From: Candidatus Marinacidobacterales bacterium
GTDB taxonomy: Bacteria > Acidobacteriota > Vicinamibacteria > Marinacidobacterales > DATDRI01
Length of the DNA: 64,000 nt
Assembly (NCBI GenBank): GCA_965219415.1
Contig: OZ244742.1
Span: 416,001-480,000 of the forward strand
Direction of reading: 5' to 3'
The position numbers and the translations under genes were made by a program. Positions 50,591-58,091 of this stretch are shown one piece after another. The notes below the pieces were generated by a model. That model saw only the letters and a program-made list of their open reading frames with translations, did not search any database and was not told the origin of the DNA. How positions within the stretch are numbered: the stretch's first letter is position 1; each line of letters begins with the position of its first letter.

Positions 50591-51460
50591 GTGATATCGA
50601 AAGAGGAACTCGACGCGCTAACCGAGTCCATTACCCGCGCCATCCTTGCCCAGATAGAAGCGGAAGGCACGTGCGACTGTCACCAGCTTGGTTTCAGTCG
50701 CTGCCCCAACGCGATCCGCCGACTCGTCGACGGCGGCGCGGAACGACTGGGACTCCACGCCGATCCCCAGCATCACGGTACATCGCTTGGGCGCATGATC
50801 GATCACACGCTTCTCAAGCCCGATGCCACCGAACCTCAAATCCGGAAACTCTGCGAGGAGGCCGCACAATACGGATTCGCAACGGTGTGTGTGAACCCGA
50901 CTTGGGTTCGACTCTCGGCATCTTTACTGAGGGGTACTCAGGTGGGCGTCTGCACCGTCGTCGGATTCCCTCTGGGTGCCAACACCGCGGACGTCAAGGT
51001 ATACGAGACGCGACGGGCTCTTTTCGATGGCGCGACGGAGATCGACATGGTCATCAACGTGGGAGCCTTGAAGTCTCAGGACTACAAGCTGGTCGAGTCG
51101 GACATCACGGGAGTGGTCTGCTGTTGCCAAGAGTCGGGCGCTCTGTCCAAGGTCATCATCGAGGCCGCGCTTTTGAACCAGCAGGAAAAAATCAAGGCCA
51201 GCACCTTGGCGGCGGCGGCGGGTGCCGACTTCGTCAAGACCTCCACCGGGTTCGGACCGGGCGGTGCGACGGCCGAAGACGTGGCGCTGATGCGTCAGAT
51301 CGTGGGGGAAAAGATCGGGGTCAAAGCCGCCGGCGGAGTGAGAGACGCAGCTACCGCAACCAAGATGGTGGAAGCAGGTGCGACGCGGATCGGTGCCAGT
51401 GCGGGTGTTCGAATTCTACAGGAGGCGGGTCGAACCGACCTCGGCAAAGCGGGCGGCTAG
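50591..51460 (+). CDS. deoC: Deoxyribose-phosphate aldolase with ~60-aa N-terminal extension
   Basis: [37 protein letters not shown]. Confidence 0.96.
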   Translation: MISKEELDALTESITRAILAQIEAEGTCDCHQLGFSRCPNAIRRLVDGGAERLGLHADPQHHGTSLGRMIDHTLLKPDATEPQIRKLCEEAAQYGFATVCVNPTWVRLSASLLRGTQVGVCTVVGFPLGANTADVKVYETRRALFDGATEIDMVINVGALKSQDYKLVESDITGVVCCCQESGALSKVIIEAALLNQQEKIKASTLAAAAGADFVKTSTGFGPGGATAEDVALMRQIVGEKIGVKAAGGVRDAATATKMVEAGATRIGASAGVRILQEAGRTDLGKAGG

Positions 51461-51463
51461 ACA

Positions 51464-52003
51464 CTAGACCAAGATCTCCTTCGGGGAAACACAAGAGATG
51501 AAGGGCAGCTCCCGATACTTCTCCTGGTAGTCCAGCCCATAGCCGACGACGAAGACGTCGTCGATGGGGGATCCTATGTAATCTGTAGGAACCGTTACTT
51601 GTCTCCTCGACGGCTTGTCCAAAAAGCAGCACGTGCGAACCGAACGCGGTTTGTGCATCCTCACGTAGTCGACCAACCAACTCAAGGTGCACCCGGTATC
51701 TACGATGTCATCGACGAGCAAGACGTCTTTCCCCACGACCGGCTTCGACATGTCCATGCGAAGCTGCAACTGCCCCGAAGATGTCGTTCCTTGCCCGTAG
51801 CTGGCCACCGAGATGTAGTCCACGATGTGGGGAAGATCGATCCTCGTCGAGAGATCCTGGGTGAACTGATAGGCCCCTCGAAGCACCCCGACCATATGTA
51901 GGTCGTTCCCGGTGTAATCCCGGGCAATCTCCTCGGCCATCTGCCCCACTCGACGTTGAATCCGGTTTTGCTCGATCAAGACTGGAAGGTCGCCACCTGA
52001 CAA
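51464..52003 (-). CDS. hpt: Second hypoxanthine phosphoribosyltransferase
   Basis: VLRGA, VDDIVDTGCTL, FVVGYGLDY; start uncertain. Confidence 0.9.
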   Translation of the reverse strand: MSGGDLPVLIEQNRIQRRVGQMAEEIARDYTGNDLHMVGVLRGAYQFTQDLSTRIDLPHIVDYISVASYGQGTTSSGQLQLRMDMSKPVVGKDVLLVDDIVDTGCTLSWLVDYVRMHKPRSVRTCCFLDKPSRRQVTVPTDYIGSPIDDVFVVGYGLDYQEKYRELPFISCVSPKEILV

Positions 52004-52042
52004 GATCCACCTCCATACCACCTGACAAGATCCACCTCCATA
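51993..52042. repeat. Exact 25-bp tandem duplication covering the hpt2 RBS/start
   Basis: ccacctgacaagatccacctccata x2. Confidence 0.85.
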
Positions 52043-52089
52043 CCCCAAGATTTAGTTTATGGTGCGAGATTCTACCCAATATCTTGGGG
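52043..52089. promoter_or_regulatory. Tandem NrdR-box-like operators
   Basis: ccccaagatttagttt (52043-52058) and acccaatatcttgggg (52074-52089), 31 bp apart, in the AT-rich region upstream of hpt2. Confidence 0.6.
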
Positions 52090-52165
52090 TAGGTCTAGAA
52101 AAAACCTGAGGAATTTTTTCCCAAGCGATGAAAAAAAGAATATGTGAGGAAAAAATAGAAAACCG

Positions 52166-52568
52166 TTACGGGAGGATGCGCGTTCCACTCTTGCCGACAA
52201 GAGCTTGCTGAACGCACCCAATATCCGCGATCAACACTTCGCGACCACCCCCGCGCAAGTAGTCGATGGCCGCCTCGATCTTGGGCCCCATGCTGCCGGG
52301 CAGAAAGTGGCCTTCGCTTAAATAGGACTCGGCCTCGTCTGCAGTGACTTCGCGGAGGGGCTGCTCGTCGGGTTGGCCGTAATTGAGAGACACGCGTTCG
52401 ACCCCGGTCGCGATCACCAACAGCTCCGCTCCGATCTCCCTGCTCGACGAGCGGGAGCAGGTTTCGAAGAGCCGTTTCGGCGTTCGCCCGTTGCTCGGGG
52501 ATGGTTCCAGCCTGCCCCGGGCGGATCAATGCGTTACCGCCGATAGCGACAACCGCTTTCTTAGCCAT
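52166..52568 (-). pseudogene. arcC: Carbamate kinase (ArcC/YqeA) with large internal deletion
   Basis: N-terminal VVAIGGNAL joined out of frame to C-terminal GHFLPGSMGPKIEAA..GKSGT; only ~130 codons remain. Confidence 0.85.
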
Positions 52569-52688
52569 GAGAGCCGACTACAAATCGAACCGCCCCGGCT
52601 TCTGAACGGCAGTGAATGTATTCAGATGGAAGGAAGAATGACTAAAATCGTGGGTGTTTTAGAACGATTGGATCGAGCAATGACCCGC

Positions 52689-53525
52689 TCAGACCTTGCC
52701 ATAGTACTCCTGGCGCTCGGTATACTTCATCGGTTTCCCCGATCGCTGATACCGTACCGCCACCATCTCGGCCACGATGGACACGGCGATTTCCCCGGGG
52801 TTGCTTCCGCCCAAATCAAGTCCCATGGGAGAGTGAACGCCTTCCAGCTTTTCACGCGGTACGCCGTCGCGCTCTAGGCGATTGAATATTTTTTCGATCT
52901 TCGTGACGCTACCGATAAGACCCAGGTACGCAGTGTCGTACTCGATGAATGTTCTTAGGGCCTCCTCGTCGGAGGTGTGGCCGCGGGTGACGATCACGAC
53001 ATAGGCGTTGTCACCGTAGGTAAACTTGTCGGCGATCTCCGGGATCGGCCCCGCCTCCACCACATCGGCGTCGGGGAAACGCTCGCGGTTGGCGTATTTG
53101 ACCCGATCGTCCAGAACGATGACTTCGAAGCCCGCTAGCTTCGCAATTTGGCTGAGGGGCATCGCGATATGACCGGCGCCGACCATGAAGACCCGTGGCG
53201 CTGGAATGACCGGCTCGATGAAAACCGTCACGCTCCCTCCACAAATGAGGCCGTTTTCCTCTTCGTCGGCGTTGTAGTCAAAAGAATGAATCTCGCATTG
53301 GCGGTTGTCGATGGCTTGGCGTGCCCGCCAGAGGATCTCCGCTTCGACGCAGCCACCGCCAACCGTTCCCCGCAGACGACCGTCGCGCCCCACTACCATC
53401 TTGGCCCCCGCCTTTCGCGGTGTAGACCCCTGGGTCTTTAAAATGGTCACCAGAGCCACCGCTTCCCCGCGATGGAGCGCCTCCTCCACTTCTTGGTAGA
53501 CCGATTTTTGAACGTGACCCGGCAA
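52689..53525 (-). CDS. xdhC: XdhC/CoxI family molybdenum hydroxylase accessory protein
   Basis: GSTPRKAGAKM, GTVGGGCVE, ICGG, GAGHI, TRGH, YLGLIGS, PGEIAVSI. Confidence 0.92.
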   Translation of the reverse strand: MPGHVQKSVYQEVEEALHRGEAVALVTILKTQGSTPRKAGAKMVVGRDGRLRGTVGGGCVEAEILWRARQAIDNRQCEIHSFDYNADEEENGLICGGSVTVFIEPVIPAPRVFMVGAGHIAMPLSQIAKLAGFEVIVLDDRVKYANRERFPDADVVEAGPIPEIADKFTYGDNAYVVIVTRGHTSDEEALRTFIEYDTAYLGLIGSVTKIEKIFNRLERDGVPREKLEGVHSPMGLDLGGSNPGEIAVSIVAEMVAVRYQRSGKPMKYTERQEYYGKV

Positions 53526-53549
53526 CGCTTCCCTCTTCTTTAGGACCGC

Positions 53550-54134
53550 TTATTGCCCTAACCTCTTCACACACTTAGCATAATCTTCGGGAGTGTCGAT
53601 GTCCAACAATACTCCCTCGTCATCCGTTTCCACTTCGAGGGTTCGTTCGGCGAACTTGCTAAGCAGAGCCTTAGCGCCCGAATCGCCTTGCAGCCGCACT
53701 AACTCCGAGAACAATTCGCTAGATAGGAGCACCGGATGCCCCTGGGTCCCCCGGTAGGTGGGGTAGACGATCGGCAGTCCCTCTTGATGGAATCGGTCAA
53801 TCAGCATCGTGACGGTCTCCGCCTGAAGGAGCGGCTTGTCGGCGAGCGCTACGAGAAGCGCACGAGTACCACCCGGCAGCGCAGCCATCCCGGCTTGGAT
53901 CGAGCTAGCCAGCCCGTCCTCCGCATGTAGATTGGTGACCACCTGCACGCGATCCGTTGAGGGAACGCCGCTGATACCCGCGGCCGGCTGCACCACGAGG
54001 ATCCGATCCACCGGCGAGTCCAGCAACGCCGACAGGGAGCGCTCGAACACCGTGCGGCCCGCGAGATCCAGCTCGAGCTTGGCGCGACCCATTCGCGAAG
54101 AGGACCCCGCGGCGAGGAGGATGGCCGTAATCAA
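53550..54134 (-). CDS. mocA: Molybdenum cofactor cytidylyltransferase-like NTP transferase
   Basis: LAAGSSSRMG..K, GHPV, GDSGA, DIDTPEDY. Confidence 0.88.
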   Translation of the reverse strand: MITAILLAAGSSSRMGRAKLELDLAGRTVFERSLSALLDSPVDRILVVQPAAGISGVPSTDRVQVVTNLHAEDGLASSIQAGMAALPGGTRALLVALADKPLLQAETVTMLIDRFHQEGLPIVYPTYRGTQGHPVLLSSELFSELVRLQGDSGAKALLSKFAERTLEVETDDEGVLLDIDTPEDYAKCVKRLGQ

Positions 54135-54904
54135 GACGTCTTCATATTGTAGAAGCAGCCGTTCGGCTGGATCGCCTCTCCGAAGATCACCTCCGGCGCT
54201 CCTGCGGAAAGGAGTAACTCTCCTACTGTCTCCGCTTGTTTCAGGAGTGTGTCATCAACCTTGTTTAGGAAAACGATCTTTCTCGATGTTTTTGGAACGG
54301 TCGGGAAATAGCCGCGCACCAGCGCCAGGGCGATGACTTCCTCCACGATAGGACTCCCCTTCGCTGCGCCGCACAGTTCCTGAACGACGTCGAGCCGATG
54401 AACGCTCTCCTCATCGAGCCGGCGTCCGAGCACATCGATTCCGGCGATGATAATCGTAGATGTCGTCCACTCCGGGACAGCGGGTTCGTGGGGAGCGGGA
54501 GCCTTCAGGGAACGACCCCGCGCACCATCGGCCTCGATAATCACACAGTCGGCCATACCGCGAAGGGAATCGATATCCTCCGGTTCGAGACCCTTGAGCT
54601 TGTCCTCCCGCTTGCGTGCTCCGACCACCGTTACCGCGCCGTAACGGTCCAGCCTGGCTCTCACGCTTTGCAACCAGTTCTCCTCTTCGCTGGCAAAGAC
54701 TATCGGAGGGGCGGTAGTGGGTGAGTCCGGTGTCTGGGTATGGGTGGTAGTGGTGGCTACGACGGAGAGCCCCAACCGTCGCAGCTCCGTTACCAAGCCG
54801 TAGAGCGTTGTCGTCTTGCCACCAGCTCCCACCAAGCTCACCACGTCCCCGGCGCGCACCTCGAAGGCATCCGCCAAACCGAATCGGGACTCGATGGTCG
54901 TCAC
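54131..54904 (-). CDS. yqeC: Selenium cofactor biosynthesis protein YqeC
   Basis: VGAGGKTT, TTTTH, EADGARGRSLKAP..HEP. Confidence 0.88.
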   Translation of the reverse strand: MTTIESRFGLADAFEVRAGDVVSLVGAGGKTTTLYGLVTELRRLGLSVVATTTTHTQTPDSPTTAPPIVFASEEENWLQSVRARLDRYGAVTVVGARKREDKLKGLEPEDIDSLRGMADCVIIEADGARGRSLKAPAPHEPAVPEWTTSTIIIAGIDVLGRRLDEESVHRLDVVQELCGAAKGSPIVEEVIALALVRGYFPTVPKTSRKIVFLNKVDDTLLKQAETVGELLLSAGAPEVIFGEAIQPNGCFYNMKTS

Positions 54905-56181
54905 GAGGCGTCGCCGGATTTCGATCGACTCTGAAACCCGCCCTCGACATCCAACGGGTTATCGGCCAAACGTCGTTCCACCTCCTCGAGCCGAGCGGGA
55001 ATCGGATCGGCTAGAAGGGCCCGGTCGAGAATCGATGCGGTATCCTTGAGGCCTGTTCCTGTTAGCAGCAGAACCACCGTGTGGTCGCGATCCACTTGGC
55101 CCTGCCCCGCCATGCGCACGAGACCAGCGAGGGACGCAGCGGCTGCCGGCTCGACGAAGACCCCCGTCTTTCTCGCCAGGAGCGACTGCGCTTCCAGAAT
55201 CTCGCCATCGGTGACCTTTAAAGCGACTCCGTTGGAGTGAAGGATGGCGCGCATCGCGCGCTGGGGATCCCGGGGCAGTCCGACCGCGATGCCGTCGGCA
55301 ATGGTGCGGACCTGCACCGGACGAATGACGCCGTCCCCCAAGAGGGCGTCGGCGATCGCACTCGAGCCTTCTGACTGGACTGCAACAAGTCGAGGCAACT
55401 TCTCGATGAAACCGATGTGGAGCAGCTCTTCGAAGCCCTTGCCTACGCTGGCGATGATATTTCCGTCCCCGACCGGCACGAACACCCAATCCGGGGGGGT
55501 CCAGTCGAGTTGCTCGGCAATCTCGAAGGACGCGGTCTTCTTTCCCTCGCTCAGGTAGGGATTCGTTCCGGTGTTGCGGTTGTACCAACCGAAACTCGCG
55601 CACGCTTCCGCGGCTAGATCGAACGCTACATCGTACATACCTTCCACTCGGATGAGGTAGGCACCGAACGCAACGATCTGCGCCAACTTTCCGGAGGGCG
55701 TCGATTCAGGGACGAAGATCACACTGGTCAACCCAGCGCTCGCGCACATGCCCGCCAATGCCGATGCGGCATTCCCGGTAGAAGCGCAAGCCAAGACACG
55801 ATGTCCCTCCGAGACGGCGCGCGCCACCGCCATGGCGCTGGCGCGATCTTTGAGTGAGCCAGTCGGATTGCGATTGTCTTCCTTTAAATAGAGCGAGCCG
55901 AAACCGAGCTCAAAGCCCAAACGCACCGCTGGAGTCAGCGGCGTCCAGCCGGTCGCGAGCGGTGGGACGAAGGCATCTTCTTCAACGGGGAGGATGGCGC
56001 GATAGCGCCACATGCTCCTCTCGGGATCGCCGTCTAGCTCCTCGCGACTCCAAGCCTTCCGAATCGCGTCGTAGTCATAGAGCACATCGAGGTTCGACCC
56101 GCACCCGGAGCACGTCCATTCTGATGACTCGGCAGGAAACTCCTTTTCGCAAAGGGGGCAGCGACGTCCTAGTTCGGCCAT
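54901..56181 (-). CDS. thrC: Threonine synthase-like PLP enzyme
   Basis: N-terminal CxxC..CxxC; NPTGSLKDR, ASTGNAA, EGKKT, TGTGLKD. Confidence 0.85.
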   Translation of the reverse strand: MAELGRRCPLCEKEFPAESSEWTCSGCGSNLDVLYDYDAIRKAWSREELDGDPERSMWRYRAILPVEEDAFVPPLATGWTPLTPAVRLGFELGFGSLYLKEDNRNPTGSLKDRASAMAVARAVSEGHRVLACASTGNAASALAGMCASAGLTSVIFVPESTPSGKLAQIVAFGAYLIRVEGMYDVAFDLAAEACASFGWYNRNTGTNPYLSEGKKTASFEIAEQLDWTPPDWVFVPVGDGNIIASVGKGFEELLHIGFIEKLPRLVAVQSEGSSAIADALLGDGVIRPVQVRTIADGIAVGLPRDPQRAMRAILHSNGVALKVTDGEILEAQSLLARKTGVFVEPAAAASLAGLVRMAGQGQVDRDHTVVLLLTGTGLKDTASILDRALLADPIPARLEEVERRLADNPLDVEGGFQSRSKSGDAS

Positions 56182-56233
56182 GCTGACTCGAACGCCATCC
56201 GGGGAATGCGCCTAAGAGAAGAGACGATCGGCA

Positions 56234-57283
56234 CTAGTCAATGACAACCCAGTTCTTTTGGAAACGGTCGAGCTCACTAACCGTATGCGGGTCCATCGGA
56301 TGATCTCGCTCGGGGATATCGACGTGCTTGGGCTCACCGCAGAGCTCAGTCGTGAAGTAACGTTGGCCGCTGTCGTTGATCATCGTCGCAATACGTTTGA
56401 GGGCCGGACGGGCCAGCGCCAACTTCAAGGCGGCCGCGACGTTGGAGCCCGAGGAGATCCCGCAAAAAATTCCTTCCTCCTTCGCGAGCCGACGAGCCAT
56501 AGCCAGAGCTTCATCGCTCGTGGTCGTCACGATACCCGTCAACTGAGACAGATCGAGAACGCGGGGAACGAAACCATCCCCGATCCCCTCGATGCGGTGA
56601 GCGCCCCACTCGCGCCGAGAAAGCAAGGGGCACTCCGCCGGCTCCACGGCGAAGAGCTCTACCTCCGAATTCCGTTCTCTGAAGTATCGGCCGATACCGG
56701 TTAGTGCCCCGCCGGTACCCTGCGTAGCCACGTATGCATCGACGCGTCCATCTAACTGCTCCCAAAGCTCGGGTCCGGTAGAGTGATAATGTGCCTCGAC
56801 ATTGTCCGGGTTGTCGAACTGCGCCGGTACCCAATACTTGTCGGGATCTTGCTGACGAATCTCCTCGAGCTTCGCGAGCGCCAAGTCCACGTCACTCTCG
56901 CCCCCGGGCGTGAATATGAGCTCCGCACCGTAGGCGCGATCCATTTTCTTGCGTTCTTCACTCATGCCTTCCGGCATCACGATAACGCACCGATATCCCT
57001 TCACCGACGAGATGAATGCGCAAGCGATGCCCGCGTTACCTGTCGAGCACTCCAAGATGGTCATCCCCGGTTTTAGTTCGCCTCGTTTCTCCGCTTCGGT
57101 GATCATCGCCTTGTAGATTCGATCCTTCAGGCTCCCTGATGGACTGAAGTACTCGAGCTTCACATAGATGTCCGCGGACACCTCCGCCGACACCCGCTGC
57201 AATGGAGCGGTGGGAGTCCTTCCGATGCAATCCAGAATGTTATCTTGAGCCTGGCGGCTGTGATCCCATCTGACCTCGCTCAA
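56234..57283 (-). CDS. Cysteine synthase family PLP enzyme
   Basis: IGRTP, SPSGSLKDR, STGNAG, GTGG, HRIEGIG, GISSG, DSGQRY; TTG start with AGGAGG. Confidence 0.88.
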   Translation of the reverse strand: MSEVRWDHSRQAQDNILDCIGRTPTAPLQRVSAEVSADIYVKLEYFSPSGSLKDRIYKAMITEAEKRGELKPGMTILECSTGNAGIACAFISSVKGYRCVIVMPEGMSEERKKMDRAYGAELIFTPGGESDVDLALAKLEEIRQQDPDKYWVPAQFDNPDNVEAHYHSTGPELWEQLDGRVDAYVATQGTGGALTGIGRYFRERNSEVELFAVEPAECPLLSRREWGAHRIEGIGDGFVPRVLDLSQLTGIVTTTSDEALAMARRLAKEEGIFCGISSGSNVAAALKLALARPALKRIATMINDSGQRYFTTELCGEPKHVDIPERDHPMDPHTVSELDRFQKNWVVID

Positions 57284-57334
57284 ATTAGACCTCCTGGTGG
57301 AGTGGGCCTTGCCTAAATACCGGAGAGGCGCGCT

Positions 57335-57343
57335 ATTATAGCA
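57335..57343 (-). promoter_or_regulatory. Extended -10 element for the cysK-like...arcC run
   Basis: TGCTATAAT on the minus strand. Confidence 0.5.
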
Positions 57344-57354
57344 GCCGGTTGAAC

Positions 57355-58086
57355 ATGCGCAACCTGCACGCCTTCCTGAAAGTACTGGGGACGGTCCTTT
57401 TCCTCCTCGTTTCCGGCGCTCTGGCCCGGCCGGCTCACCAGTCCCAAGCGGATCGGTTCCACTCCGAGCGGAACCGTATGGTCTCCCGACAGATCGAAGG
57501 CCGGGGCATCGACGACCCGCGGGTCCTGAGCGCCATGAGGAAAGTTCCACGCCACTTGTTCGTCCGGGAACAAGATCGTGATCAGGCCTACAACGATCAT
57601 CCGCTACCCATCGGGCTGGGCCAGACGATCTCGCAACCCTACATCGTCGCGCTCATGACCCAACTGGCGGCGCTTGATTCTGACGACATTGTTCTGGAAG
57701 TCGGGACCGGCTCTGGCTATCAGGCGGCGGTGCTCGCCCAGCTCGCGGAGACGATCTACACGGTGGAGATCCTGCAGCAACTCGGAGATCAGGCGAGCGA
57801 GCGTTTCAAACGCTTGGGACATTCGAACGTCGAGTCACGGATCGCTGACGGGTATTACGGCTGGGAGGAGCACGCGCCGTTCGACGCAATTGTCGTGACC
57901 GCGGCCGCCGAGCACATTCCCCCTCCCCTGATTCGCCAGCTCAAGGCAGGCGGTGTCATGGTGATACCGGTCGGAAACCGGTTCCAAGTTCAAACCCTGA
58001 TGTTGGTGGAGAAAACGAAGGAAGGAAAAACGACTTCCCGAAGTCTTCTCCCTGTTCGCTTCGTCCCTCTGGTCGGGAAACACTAG
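57355..58086 (+). CDS. pcm: Protein-L-isoaspartate O-methyltransferase with N-terminal signal-like peptide
   Basis: VPRHLFV, GQTISQP, LEVGTGSGYQAA, APFDAI, VRFVPL. Confidence 0.95.
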   Translation: MRNLHAFLKVLGTVLFLLVSGALARPAHQSQADRFHSERNRMVSRQIEGRGIDDPRVLSAMRKVPRHLFVREQDRDQAYNDHPLPIGLGQTISQPYIVALMTQLAALDSDDIVLEVGTGSGYQAAVLAQLAETIYTVEILQQLGDQASERFKRLGHSNVESRIADGYYGWEEHAPFDAIVVTAAAEHIPPPLIRQLKAGGVMVIPVGNRFQVQTLMLVEKTKEGKTTSRSLLPVRFVPLVGKH

Positions 58087-58091
58087 CCACC

